From assembly GCA_004431415.1 (NCBI GenBank), contig QPMI01000123.1:1-64000 (forward strand): 64,000 nt of DNA, in the 5' to 3' direction. Of this stretch, positions 44,866-59,800 are shown piece after piece. The stretch is from Cyanophora paradoxa CCMP329 (taxonomy: Eukaryota; Plantae; Glaucophyta). Made by a program: the position numbers and the translations under genes. The notes below the pieces were generated by a model that had not been told where the DNA came from, did not search any database, and was given only the letters and a program-made list of their open reading frames with translations. The number at the start of each line of letters is the position of its first letter. Positions within the stretch are counted from its first letter, which is position 1.

Positions 44866-47800
44866 ATGGGAGGACGGTTGCTCCTCCTGGCGGGCCTTCT
44901 CTGCGCCCTGGCGCCAGCGGCACGAGGATGGTCAGTTTGAACATCGCCCTGCCGCATCCGCTCTGGCTCATCTGCGAATCCCCGCTTGTTTCACGCAGGA
45001 TTACGGTATCGGGCAACCAGAACATGACGTGCGTCGCCCGCCCCGGCTGTATGCTCACTTCGCCCGCCAAATCGCAACGGGCTGATGCACGTCCCCGCCA
45101 ACCGCAGGTTGCAGGAGAACACGCAAGTCGGTGCGTTTCTTGTATATGACAACCGCGTCGCGCTCGCATCGCTGCTTTGACCTGCCGTCTATGCAAACCT
45201 CATTCGAAGGACTCGTGCTAGCTATAGCCCCAATTCTCCTTGACGCGCTCGCAGGATATTGGCAGCTTCACGCAGCGCCGAAGAGGACCCTCCACGTTAC
45301 AGGGGGCGTTTATGTAGGTAGGATCGAGAACGCAACAGCAGGCGTTTATTTGGGGTCGGAGCTGCCCCTCAGCAATACAAGCGTACGTTCACATGGGACG
45401 CATTCGCTTTTACCCTGTGGCTGTTTCTAATCGTGCATTGCATGTGCAGTTCGTGGGCTTCGTGAACGCGACAGCTGCCCAGCTGCAGCGCGTCTTGCAC
45501 ATACCGCGAATCGAAGCCCTTCAGAATATTTCAAGCATATTGCAGCTGTCGGTGCCGACAGATGGGTGGGTGGAAGTGATCTCGGACCTCCGCGGTGTGC
45601 TGTTTCGGTCACCGTTTCCTGCTCGCTCTCAATGTCGCTGCGCGCAGTGACCGCCTCGGCCAAGGTCGGGGCGCTGCAGGTGGATGGTACGAGACGGGGA
45701 TACAACGTCCCCAGCCTGTATGTGGCCGCACCTGGATCCCCACTCGACAAGACGGCTTTGCCGGGGTCGGCCATCCACTTTGACAGGTGAGTCATCAACT
45801 TGTTGATTAACCCCCCGCATCTCTGACCTTTCCCTTGCAGCTTGCTCCAGGCGAACCAGATGATTCGTCTGCCTGCGACGTTCGCGAACGACACGCTGGG
45901 GACGGGCCCCTACTTGTACATTAACGGGACCCAGGTGCGAATGATCCGAGCCTGCCATCCAGCGGCGTAACGTGCACTCGCAGATCCGGACGGATGATCT
46001 GCTGTCGGGGTTGACGATCTCGTCGGACGGCCAACTTGCTCTCAAGAGTGCGTGCGCCTCGCGATCAGTATTGTAATACCAATAACTCTATCCGCACGCA
46101 GCCCGCAACGAGGGCATGACTCTGAGCCTGCTGTCCCAGGGCAATCTCACGCTGACTACTCTTGGAAACTACAGCATTCACTTGAACTTGCTCCGCCAGT
46201 ACGGCTCAACGCTCGAGTCTCCCGCGAAGGATGACCTCGTACTATCGGGCGTGGACTCGCGGGTCAACGTCACCTCCGCGTTCCTGATCAACTTCCAAGT
46301 GGCCCCTGTGCGAGGCGGCGACCCGCAAGTCCAGATCGTACAGACAGGGATGATCGTGATGCCGTCGTTCAACTTCACGGCAGGCGCTGGCAACTTGGTC
46401 ATCCGTGGCGACAACGGTGACCTGGAGACGCAACAGAACATCCGCGTCACCAATGTGACTTACGTAGAGGGCGGCATCTGCGCGCTCACCCGTGAGAACG
46501 TGGAGATCTGGAAGGACACGCGCGTGACAGGGAGTGTGAAGGTCCTTCGGCAGGGCGCCTTCGACGGCCAGCTATACGCGCTCGAGGGCCTCAACGTTGG
46601 TTCGAGCGCCCTCTGCGTTAGCAGCAATGGCTCAACCCAAACGATGGGCAATCTTACCTGCTACAACGCCACCACGCTCTCTTCTTTCGAGGCGCATGAC
46701 GGGCTGCGCGCTGGTCAGGGAGAGTTTCGGTTAGCTCTTCTTTGGTCGTTGTGTTCCGGTTCGCGTGCTGACTGGCCTTGGGATCAGGGTCGACGCGAGC
46801 GGCAACACGCAAATCAAGGGCTGGCTCTTAGTCACGGGCTCTGTGACATCAACTGCTCTACTGAACGCGAACGGCGGCCTGAATGTTCTCGTCAACCAGT
46901 TCGCTATCGACATAAGCGGGAACACGCTCATCACCGGCAATCTAGGCATCACAGGGACCTTGACGTCAACCGGTCTGCTGAACGCGAACGGAGGACTGAA
47001 CGTGATGTCAAACAAATTAGTTGTCGACATGAGTGGTAACCTTCTCATCACAGGCGTGACCATGCTCACCGGCACCTTGACGTCGACCGGCCTCCTCAAC
47101 GCCAACGGTGGGCTCAACGTGCTCGCGAACCAGTTCGTGGTGGACATGAGCGGCAACGTGCTGGGCACGGGGATGGTGGGCGTGACGGGGACGCTGACGT
47201 CGACGGGGCTGCTGAACGCGAACGGCGGCTTGAACGTGAGGTGGAACCAGTTCGCCATGGACCTGTCTGGCAACGCGCTTGCGACGGGCATGGTCGGCGT
47301 GACGGGGACGCTGACGTCGACGGGGCTGCTGAACGCGAACGGCGGGCTGAACGTGAGGTGGAATCAGTTCGTGGTGGACATGTCGGGAAACACGCTGGGT
47401 ACGGGGATGGTGGGCGTGACGGGGACGCTGACGTCGACGGGGCTGCTGAACGCGAACGGCGGGCTGAACGTGAGGTGGAATCAGTTCGTGGTGGACATGT
47501 CGGGCAACACGCTGGCGACGGGCATGATCAGGGTGACGGGGACGCTGACGTCGACGGGGCTGCTGAACGCGAACGGGGGGCTTAACGTGAGGTGGAATCA
47601 GTTCGTGGTGGACATGAGCGGCAACGTGCTGGGCACGGGGATGGTGGGCGTGACGGGGACGCTGACGTCGACGGGGCTGCTGAACGCGAACGGCGGGCTC
47701 AACGTGAGGTGGAATCAGTTCGCCATGGACCTTTCTGGCAACACGCTTGCGACGGGCATCGTCGGGGTGACGGGGACGCTGACATCGACGGGGCTGCTGA

Positions 47801-50800
47801 ACGCGAACGGCGGGCTGAACGTGAGGTGGAATCAGTTCGTGGTCGACATGTCTGGCAACACGCTGGCGACGGGCTTTGTCGGGGTGACCGGAACCGTGAC
47901 GTCGACGGGGCTGCTGAACGCGAACGGCGGGCTGAATGTGAGGTGGAATCAGTTCGTGGTGGATATGTCTGGCAACACGCTGGCGACGGGCATGTTCGGA
48001 GCGACGGGTACCGTCACATCAACAGGGCTTCTGAACGCGAACGGCGGGCTGAACGTTGGCGCGAACAAGTTCGTGGTGGACATGAGCGGCAACGTGCTGG
48101 GTACGGGGACGGTGGGTGTGACGGGGACGCTGACGTCGACGGGGCTGCTGAACGCGAACGGGTTCCTCAACGTTCGTGCCAACAAGTTCGTGGTGGACAT
48201 GAGCGGCAACGTGCTAGGAACCGGCACCGTCGGGATCACGGGCACCGTGACGTCGACGGGCCTGCTGAACATGAACGGGTTCCTAAACGTGCACGACAAC
48301 AAGTTTGTCCTCGATGGTTCGGGTAACGTGCTTGCGACGGGCGTGGTGGGCATCACGGGCACGATCACGTCGACGGGCCTTCTGAATGCGAACGGGTTCC
48401 TGAACGTGCACGACAACAAGTTCGTGGTGGACATGAGCGGCAACGTGCTGGGCACTGGGTTCGTCGGCTTGACGGGGACGCTGACGTCGACGGGGCTGCT
48501 GAACGCGAACGGGTTCCTGAACGTGGGCGCGAACAAGTTCGTGGTGGACATGAGCGGCAACGTGCTGGGCACGGGGTTGGTGGGCGTGACGGGGACGCTG
48601 ACGTCAACGGGGCTGCTGAACGCTAACGGGTTCTTGAACGTGGGCGCGAACAAGTTCGTGGTGGACATGAGCGGCAACGTGCTGGGCACGGGGATGGTGG
48701 GCGTGACGGGGACGCTGACGTCGACGGGTCTGCTGAACGCAAATGGAGGGCTGAACGTGAGGTGGAATCAGTTCGTGGTGGATCTATCTGGCAACACGTT
48801 GGCGACGGGCATGGTCGGAATGACGGGGACGCTGACGTCGACGGGGCTGCTGAACGCGAACGGCGGGCTGAACGTGAGGTCGAATCAGTTCGTGGTGGAC
48901 ATGTCTGGCAACGCGTTGGCGACGGGCATGGTTGGCGTGACGGGCACGCTGACATCGACTGGTCTGCTGAACGCGAACGGCGGGCTGAACGTGAGGTGGA
49001 ATCAGTTCGTGGTGGACATGTCGGGCTACACGCTGGCAACGGGCATGATCGGGATGACGGGGACCTTGACGTCGACGGGGCTGCTGAACGCGAACGGCGG
49101 GCTGAACGTGAGGTGGAATCAGTTCGTGGTGGACATGTCTGGCAACGTGCTGGGCACGGGGATGGTGGGCGTGACGGGGACGCTGACGTCGACGGGGCTG
49201 CTGAACGCGAACGGCGGGCTGAACGTGAGGTGGAACCAGTTCGCCATGGATTTGTCTGGCAACACGCTTGCGACGGGCATGGTCGGGGTGACGGGGACGC
49301 TGACGTCGACGGGGCTGCTGAACGCGAACGGCGGGCTGAACGTGAGGTGGAATCAGTTCGTGGTGGACATGTCTGGCAACGCGCTGGCGACGGGAATGGT
49401 CGGGGTGACGGGGACGCTCACGTCGACGGGGCTGCTGAACGCGAATGGCGGGCTGAACGTGAGGTGGAATCAGTTCGTGGTGGACATGTCTGGCAACGCG
49501 CTGGCGACGGGCATAGTTGGGGTTACGGGGACGCTCACATCGACGGGGCTGCTGAACGCGAACGGCGGGCTGAACGTGAGGTGGAATCAGTTCGTGGTGG
49601 ACATGAGCGGCAACGTGCTGGGCACGGGGATGGTCGGTGTGACGGGGACGCTGACGTCGACGGGGCTGCTGAACGCGAACGGGTTCCTCAACGTTCGTGC
49701 CAACAAGTTCGTGGTGGACATGAGCGGCAACGTGCTTGGAACTGGCACCGTCGGGATCACTGGCACTGTGACGTCGACGGGGCTGCTGAACATGAACGGG
49801 TTCCTGAACGTGCACGACAACAAGTTTGTTCTCGACGGGTCGGGTAACGTGCTTGCCACGGGTGTGGTGGGCATCACGGGCACGATCACGTCAACGGGGC
49901 TGCTGAACGCGAACGGGTTCCTGAACGTGCATGACAACAAGTTCGTGGTGGACATGAGCGGAAACGTGCTGGGCACTGGGTTCGTCGGCTTGACGGGGAC
50001 GCTGACGTCGACGGGGCTGCTGAACGCGAACGGGTTCCTGAACGTGGGCGCGAACAAGTTCGTTGTGGACATGAGCGGCAACGCGCTGGGCACGGGCATG
50101 GTTGGCGTGACGGGGACGCTGACGTCGACGGGGCTGCTGAACGCTAACGGGTTCCTGAACGTGGGCGCGAACAAGTTCTTGGTGGACATGAGCGGCAACG
50201 TGCTGGGCACGGGGATGGTGGGCGTGACGGGGACGCTGACGTCGACGGGGCTGCTGAACGCGAACGGGTTCCTCAATGTTCGTTCGAACAAGTTCGTGGT
50301 GGACATGAGCGGCAACGTGCTGGGAACCGGCACCGTCGGGATCACGGGCACCGTTACGTCGACGGGCCTGCTGAACATGAACGGGTTCCTGAACGTGCAC
50401 GACAACAAGTTCGTTCTGGACGGGTCGGGTAACGTGCTCGCCACGGGCGTGGTGGGCATCACGGGCACGATCACGTCGACGGGCCTTCTGAATGCGAACG
50501 GGTTCCTGAACGTGCACGACAACAAGTTCGTGGTGGACATGAGCGGCAACGTGCTGGGCACTGGGTTCGTCGGCTTGACGGGGACGCTGACGTCGACGGG
50601 GCTGCTGAACGCGAACGGGTTCCTGAACGTGGGCGCGAACAAGTTCGTGGTGGACATGAGCGGCAACGTGCTGGGCACGGGCATGGTTGGCGTGACGGGG
50701 ACGCTGACGTCGACGGGGCTGCTGAACGCGAACGGGTTCCTGAACGTGGGCGCGAACAAGTTCGTGGTGGACATGAGCGGCAACGTGCTGGGCACGGGGA

Positions 50801-53800
50801 TGGTGGGCGTGACGGGGACGCTGACGTCGACGGGTCTGCTGAACGCAAACGGCGGGTTGAACGTGAGGTGGAATCAGTTCGCCATGGACCTGTCTGGCAA
50901 CACGCTTGCGACGGGAATGGTCGGGGTGACGGGGACGCTCACGTCGACGGGGCTGCTGAGCGCGAACGGCGGGCTGAACGTGAGGTGGAACAAGTTTGTG
51001 GTCGACATGTCGGGCAACACGCTGGCGACAGGAATGGTTGGCGTGACGGGGACCGTTACGTCGACGGGGCTGCTGAACGCGAACGGCGGGCTGAACGTGA
51101 GGTGGAATCAGTTCGTGGTGGACATGTCGGGCTACACGCTCGCAACGGGGATGATGGGCGTGACGGGGACGCTGACGTCGACGGGGCTGCTGAACGCGAA
51201 CGGGGGTCTGAACGTGAGGTGGAATCAGTTCGTGGTGGACATGAGCGGCAACGTGCTCGGCACGGGCATGGTCGGGGTGACGGGGACCGTGACGTCGACG
51301 GGCCTGCTGAACGCGAACGGGGGGCTTAACGTGAGGTGGAATCAGTTCGTGGTGGACATGTCGGGCAACACGATTGCGACGGGCATGGTCGGCGTGACGG
51401 GGACGCTGACGTCGACGGGGCTGCTGAACGCGAACAGCGGGCTGAACGTGAGGTGGAATCAGTTCGTGGTGGACATGTCTGGCAACGCGCTGGCGACGGG
51501 AATGGTCGGGGTGACGGGGACGCTCACGTCGACGGGGCTGCTGCACGCAAATAGTGGGCTGAACGTGAGGTGGAATCAGTTCATGGTGGACATGTCTGGC
51601 AACGCGCTGGCGACGGGCATGGTGGGCGTGACGGGGACGGTTACGTCGACGGGGCTGCTGAACGCGAACGGCGGGCTGAACGTGGGGTGGAATCAGTTCG
51701 TGGTGGACATGAGCGGCAACGTGCTGGGCACGGGGATGGTGGGCGTGACGGGGACGCTGACGTCGACAGGGCTGATGAACGCGAACGGGTTTCTCAACGT
51801 TCGTGCCAACAAGTTCGTGGTGGACATGAGCGGCAACGTGCTAGGAACCGGCACCGTCGGGATCACGGGCACCGTGACGTCGACGGGCCTGCTTAACATG
51901 AACGGGTTCCTGAACGTGCACGACAACAAGTTCGTTCTCGACGGGTCGGGTAACGTGCTAGCCACGGGTGTGGTGGGCATCACGGGCACGATCACGTCAA
52001 CGGGTTTGCTGAACGCGAACGGGTTCCTGAACGTGCACGACAACAAGTTCGTAGTGGACATGAGCGGCAACGTGCTGGGTACTGGGTTCGTCGGCTTGAC
52101 GGGGACGCTGACGTCGACGGGGCTGCTGAACGCGAACGGGTTCCTGAACGTGGGTGCGAACAAGTTCGTGGTGGACATGAGCGGAAACGTGCTGGGCACG
52201 GGGATGGTGGGCGTGACGGGGACGCTGACGTCGACGGGGCTGCTGAACGCGAACGGGTTCCTGAACGTGGGCGCGAACAAGTTCGTGGTGGACATGAGCG
52301 GCAACGTGCTGGGCACGGGGTTGGTGGGCGTGACGGGGACGCTGACGTCGACGGGGCTGCTGAACGCGAACGGGTTCCTCAATGTTCGTGCCAACAAGTT
52401 CGTGGTGGATATGAGCGGCAACGTGCTGGGAACCGGCACCGTCGGGGTCACGGGCACCGTGACGTCGACGGGCCTGCTTAACATGAACGGGTTCCTGAAC
52501 GTGCACGACAACAAGTTTGTTCTGGACGGGTCGGGTAACGTGCTCGCCACGGGCGTGGTGGGCATCACGGGCACGATCACGTCGACGGGGCTGCTGAACG
52601 CGAACGGGTTCCTGAACGTGCACGACAACAAGTTCGTGGTGGACATGAGCGGAAACGTGCTGGGCACTGGGTTCGTCGGCTTGACGGGGACGCTGACGTC
52701 GACGGGGCTGCTGAACGCGAACGGGTTCCTGAACGTGGGCGCGAACAAGTTCGTGGTGGACATGAGCGGCAACGTGCTGGGCACGGGCATGGTTGGCGTG
52801 ACGGGGACGCTGACGTCGACGGGTCTGCTGAATGCTAACGGGTTCCTGAACGTGGGCGCGAACAAGTTCGTGGTGGACATGAGCGGCAACGTGCTGGGCA
52901 CGGGGATGGTGGGCGTGACGGGGACGCTGACGTCGACGGGTCTGCTGAACGCAAACGGCGGGTTGAACGTGAGGTGGAATCAGTTCGCCATGGACCTGTC
53001 TGGCAACACGCTTGCGACGGGAATGGTCGGGGTGACGGGGACGCTCACGTCGACGGGGCTGCTGAACGCGAACGGCGGGCTGAACGTGAGGTGGAATCAG
53101 TTCGTGGTGGATATGTCGGGCAACACGCTGGCGACAGGAATGGTTGGCGTGACGGGGACCGTTACGTCGACGGGGCTGCTGAACGCGAACGGCGGGCTGA
53201 ACGTGAGGTGGAATCAGTTCGTGGTGGACATGTCGGGCTACACGCTCGCAACGGGGATGATGGGCGTGACGGGGACGCTGACGTCGACGGGGCTGCTGAA
53301 CGCGAACGGGGGTCTGAACGTGAGGTGGAATCAGTTCGTGGTGGACATGAGCGGCAACGTGCTGGCGACAGGCATGGTTGGCGTGACGGGGACGCTGACG
53401 TCGACGGGGCTGCTGAACGCGAACGGCGGGCTGAACGTCAGGTGGAATCAGTTCGTGGTGGACATGTCTGGCAACGCGTTGGCAACGGGCATGGTTGGGG
53501 TGACAGGGACGCTGACGTCGACGGGGCTGCTGAACGCGAACAGCGGGCTGAACGTGAGGTGGAATCAGTTCGTGGTGGACATGTCTGGCAACGCGCTGGC
53601 GACGGGCATGGTCGGGGTGACGGGGACGCTCACGTCGACGGGGTTACTGCATGCAAATAGCGGGCTGAACGTGAGGTGGAATCAGTTCGTGGTGGACATG
53701 TCGGGCAACACGCTGGCGACGGGCATGGTGGGGGTGACGGGGACTGTGACGTCGACGGGGCTGCTGAACGCGAATGGCGGGCTGAACGTGAGGTGGAATC

Positions 53801-56800
53801 AGTTCGTGGTGGACATGTCTGGCAACGTGCTGGGCACGGGGATGGTGGGCGTGACGGGGACGCTGACGTCGACGGGGCTGCTGAACGCGAACGGGTTCCT
53901 CAACGTTCGTGCTAACAAGTTCGTGGTGGACATGAGCGGCAACGTGCTAGGAACCGGCACCGTCGGGATCACGGGAACCGTGACGTCGACGGGGCTGCTG
54001 AACATGAACGGGTTCCTGAACGTGCACGACAACAAGTTTGTCCTCGATGGTTCGGGTAACGTGCTTGCGACGGGCGTGGTGGGCATCACGGGCACGATCA
54101 CGTCGACGGGGCTGCTGAACGCGAACGGGTTCCTGAACGTGCACGACAACAAGTTCGTGGTGGACATGAGCGGAAACGTGCTGGGCACTGGGTTCGTCGG
54201 CTTGACGGGGACGCTGACGTCGACGGGGCTGCTGAACGCGAACGGGTTCCTGAACGTGGGCGCGAACAAGTTCGTGGTGGACATGAGCGGCAACGTGCTG
54301 GGCACGGGGATGGTGGGCGTGACGGGGACGCTGACGTCAACGGGGCTGCTGAACGCGAACGGGTTCCTGAACGTGGGCGCGAACAAGTTCGTGGTGGACA
54401 TGAGCGGCAACGTGCTGGGCACGGGGATGGTGGGCGTGACGGGGACGCTGACGTCGACGGGGCTGCTGAACGCGAACGGTGGGCTAAATGTGAGGTGGAA
54501 TCAGTTCGCAATGGACCTGTCTGGCAACGCGCTTGCGACGGGCATGGTCGGGGTGACGGGGACTGTGACGTCGACGGGGCTGCTGAACGCGAATGGCGGG
54601 CTGAACGTGAGGTGGAATCAGTTCGTGGTGGATATGTCGGGCAACACGCTGGCGACAGGCATGGTTGGCGTGACGGGGACGCTGACGTCGACGGGGCTGC
54701 TGAACGCGAACGGCGGGCTGAACGTGAGGTGGAATCAGTTCGTGGTGGACATGTCTGGCAACGCGTTGGCAACGGGCATGGTCGGGGTGACGGGGACCGT
54801 GACGTCGACGGGACTGCTGAACGCGAACGGCGGGCTGAACGTGAGGTGGAATCAGTTCGTGGTAGACATGAGCGGCAACGTGCTGGGCACGGGGATGGTG
54901 GGCGTGACGGGGACGCTCACGTCGACGGCGCTGCTGAACGCGAACGGCGGGCTTAATGTGAGGTGGAACCAGTTCGCCATGGACCTATCTGGCAACACGC
55001 TTGCGACGGGCATGGTCGGGGTGACGGGGACGCTGACGTCGACGGGGCTGCTGAACGCGAACGGTGGGCTGAACGTGAGGTGGAATCAGTTCGTGGTCGA
55101 CATGTCTGGCAACGCGCTGGCGACGGGCATGGTCGGGGTGACGGGGACGCTGACGTCGACGGGGTTGCTGCACGCAAATAGCGGGCTGAACGTGAGGTGG
55201 AATCAGTTCGTGGTGGACATGTCTGGCAACGCGCTGGCGACGGGCATGGTGGGGGTGACGGGGACGCTCACGTCGACGGGGCTGCTGAACGCGAACGGCG
55301 GGCTGAACGTGAGGTGGAATCAGTTCGTGGTGGACATGTCTGGCAATGTGCTGGGCACGGGGACGGTGGGGGTGACGGGGACGCTGACGTCGACGGGGCT
55401 CCTGAACGCGAACGGGTTCCTCAACGTTCGTGCCAACAAGTTCGTGGTGGACATGAGCGGCAACGTGCTAGGAACTGGCACCGTCGGGATCACGGGGACC
55501 GTGACGTCGACGGGCCTGCTGAACATGAACGGGTTCCTGAACGTGCACGACAACAAGTTCGTTCTCGACGGATCGGGTAACGTGCTCGCCACGGGCGTGG
55601 TGGGCATCACGGGCACGATCACGTCGACGGGGCTGCTGAACGCGAACGGGTTCCTAAACGTGCATGACAACAAGTTCGTGGTGGACATGAGCGGCAATGT
55701 GCTGGGCACTGGGTTCGTCGGCTTGACGGGGACGCTGACATCGACGGGGCTGCTGAACGCGAACGGGTTCCTGAACGTGGGTGCGAACAAGTTCGTGGTG
55801 GACATGAGCGGCAACGTGCTGGGCACGGGCATGGTTGGCGTGACGGGGACGCTGACGTCGACAGGGCTTCTGAACGCGAACGGGTTCCTGAACGTGGGCG
55901 TGAACAAGTTCGTGGTGGACATGAGCGGCAACGTGCTGGGCACGGGGATGGTGGGCGTGACGGGGACGCTCACGTCGACGGGGCTGCTGAACGCGAACGG
56001 GTTCCTCAATGTTCGTTCGAACAAGTTCGTGGTGGACATGAGCGGCAACGTGCTGGGAACCGGCACCGTCGGGATCACGGGCACCGTGACGTCGACGGGC
56101 TTGCTTAACATGAACGGGTTCCTGAACGTGCACGACAACAAGTTCGTTCTCGACGGGTCGGGTAACGTGCTCGCCACGGGCGTGGTTGGCATCACGGGCA
56201 CGATCACGTCGACGGGGCTGCTGAACGCGAACGGGTTCCTGAACGTGCACGACAACAAGTTCGTGGTGGACATGAGCGGAAACGTGCTGGGCACTGGGTT
56301 CGTCGGCTTGACGGGGACGCTGACGTCGACGGGGCTGCTGAACGCTAACGGGTTCCTGAACGTGGGCGCGAACAAGTTCGTGGTGGACATGAGTGGCTAC
56401 GTGCTGGGCACGGGGATGGTGGGCGTGACGGGGACGCTGACGTCGACGGGGCTGCTGAACGCGAACGGGTTTCTGAACGTGGGCGCGAACAAGTTCGTGG
56501 TGGACATGAGCGGCAACGTGCTGGGCACGGGGATGGTGGGCGTGACGGGGACGCTGACGTCGACGGGGCTGCTGAACGCGAACGGCGGGCTGAACGTGAG
56601 ATGGAATCAGTTCGCCATGGACCTGTCTGGCAACACGCTTGCGACGGGCATGGTCGGGGTGACGGGGACCGTGACGTCGACGGGGCTGCTGAACGCGAAC
56701 GGCGGGCTGAACGTGAGGTGGAATCAGTTCGTGGTGGATATGTCGGGCAACACGCTGGCGACAGGAATGGTTGGCGTGACGGGGACCGTTACGTCGACGG

Positions 56801-59800
56801 GCCTGCTGAATGCGAACGGCGGTCTGAACGTAAGGTGGAATCAGTTCGTGGTGGACATGTCGGGCAACGCGTTGGCGACGGGCATGGTCGGGGTGACGGG
56901 GACCGTGACGTCGACGGGACTGCTGAACGCGAACGGTGGTCTGAACGTGGGCGCGAATCAGTTCGTAGTTGACATGAGCGGCAACCTTTTGGGCACGGGG
57001 ATGGTGGGCGTGACGGGGACGATCACGTCAACGGGGCTGCTGAACGTGAACGGGTTCCTAAATGTTCGTGCCAACAAGTTCGTGGTGGACATGAGCGGCA
57101 ACGTGCTGGGAACCGGCACCGTCGGGATCACGGGCACCGTGACGTCGACGGGCTTGCTGAACATGAACGGGTTCCTGAACGTGCACGACAACAAGTTCGT
57201 TCTCGACGGGTCGGGTAACGTGCTCGCCACTGGTGTGGTGGGCATCACGGGCACGATCACGTCGACGGGGCTGCTGAACGCGAACGGGTTCCTGAACGTG
57301 CACGACAACAAGTTCGTGGTGGACATGAGCGGCAACGTGCTGGGCACTGGGTTCGTCGGCTTGACGGGGACGCTGACGTCGACGGGGCTGCTGAATGCTA
57401 ACGGGTTCCTGAACGTGGGCGCGAACAAGTTCGTGGTGGACATGAGCGGCAACGTGCTGGGCACGGGCATGGTTGGCGTGACGGGGACGCTGACGTCGAC
57501 AGGGCTTCTGAATGCTAACGGGTTCCTGAACGTGGGTGCGAACAAGTTCGTGGTGGACATGAGCGGCAACGTGCTGGGCACGGGGATGGTGGGCGTGACG
57601 GGGACGCTGACGTCGACGGGGCTGCTGAATGCTAACGGCGGGCTAAATGTGAGGTGGAACCAGTTCGCCATGGACCTGTCTGGCAACACGTTGGCGACGG
57701 GCATGGTCGGGATGACGGGGACCTTGACGTCGACGGGGCTGCTGAACGCGAACGGCGGGCTGAACGTGAGATGGAATCAGTTCGTGGTGGACATATCTGG
57801 CAACACGCTGGCGACAGGCATGGTTGGCGTGACGGGGACGCTGACGTCGACGGGGCTGCTGAACGCGAACGGCGGGCTGAACGTGAGGTGGAATCAGTTC
57901 GTGGTGGACATGTCTGGCAACGCGTTGGCAACGGGCATGGTCGGGGTGACGGGGACCGTGACGTCGACGGGACTGCTGAACGCGAACGGCGGGCTGAACG
58001 TGAGGTGGAATCAGTTCGTGGTAGACATGAGCGGCAACGTGCTGGGCACGGGGATGGTGGGCGTGACGGGGACGCTCACGTCGACGGGCCTGCTGAACGC
58101 GAACGGTGGCCTGAACGTGAGGTGGAACCAGTTCGCCATGGACCTTTCTGGCAACACGCTTGCGACGGGCATGGTCGGGGTGACAGGGACGCTGACGTCG
58201 ACGGGGCTTCTGAACGCGAACGCCGGGCTGAACGTGAGGTTGAATCAGTTCGTGGTGGACATATCGGGCAACGCGCTGGCGACGGGCATGGTCGGGGTGA
58301 CGGGGACGCTCACGTCGACGGGGCTACTGAGCGCGAACGGCGGGTTAAACGTGAGGTGGAATCAGTTCGTGGTGGACATGTCAGGCAACGTGCTGGCGAC
58401 GGGCATGGTGGGGGTGACGGGGACTGTGACGTCGACGGGGCTGCTGAACGCGAACGGCGGGCTGAACGTGAGGTGGAATCAGTTCGTGGTGGACATGTCT
58501 GGCAACGCGCTGGCGACGGGCATGGTGGGGGTGACGGGGACGCTCACGTCGACGGGGCTGCTGAACGCGAACGGCGGGCTGAACGTGAGGTGGAATCAGT
58601 TCGTGGTGGACATGTCTGGCAACGTGCTGGCGACGGGCATGGTGGGGGTGACGGGGACTGTGACGTCGACGGGGCTCCTGAACGCGAACGGGTTCCTCAA
58701 CGTTCGTGCCAACAAGTTCGTGGTGGACATGAGCGGCAACGTGCTAGGAACTGGCACCGTCGGGATCACGGGGACCGTGACGTCGACGGGCCTGCTGAAC
58801 ATGAACGGGTTCCTGAACGTGCACGACAACAAGTTCGTTCTCGACGGATCGGGTAACGTTCTTGCCACGGGCGTGGTGGGCATCACGGGCACGATCACGT
58901 CAACGGGGCTGCTGAACGCGAACGGGTTCCTGAACGTGCACGACAACAAGTTCGTGGTGGACATGAGCGGCAACGTGCTGGGCACTGGGTTCGTCGGCGT
59001 GACGGGGACGCTGACGTCGACGGGGCTGCTGAACGCGAACGGGTTCCTGAACGTGGGTGCGAACAAGTTCGTGGTGGACATGAGCGGCACCGTGCTGGGC
59101 ACGGGGATGGTGGGCGTGACGGGGACCGTGACGTCGACAGGGCTTCTGAACGCGAACGGGTTCCTGAACGTGGGCGCGAACAAGTTCGTGGTGGACATGA
59201 GCGGCAACGTGCTGGGCACGGGGATGGTGGGCGTGACGGGGACGCTGACGTCGACGGGGCTGCTGAACGCGAACGGGTTCCTGAACGTGGGCGCGAACAA
59301 GTTCGTGGTGGACATGAGCGGCAACGTGCTGGGAACCGGCACCGTCGGGATCACTGGCACCGTGACGTCGACGGGGCTGCTGAACATGAACGGGTTCCTG
59401 AACGTGCACGACAACAAGTTCGTTCTGGACGGGTCGGGTAACGTGCTCGCCACGGGCGTGGTTGGCATCACGGGCACAATCACGTCGACGGGGCTGCTGA
59501 ACGCGAACGGGTTCCTGAATGTGCACGACAACAAGTTCGTGGTGGACATGAGCGGCAACGTGCTGGGCACTGGGTTCGTCGGCTTGACGGGGACGCTGAC
59601 GTCGACGGGGCTGCTGAACGCGAACGGGTTCCTGAACGTGGGCGCGAACAAGTTCGTGGTGGACATGAGCGGCAACGTGCTGGGCACGGGGATGGTGGGC
59701 GTAACGGGGACGCTCACGTCGACGGGGCTTCTGAACGCGAACGGGTTCCTGAACGTAGGCGCGAACAAGTTTGTGGTGGACATGAGCGGCAACGTGCTTG

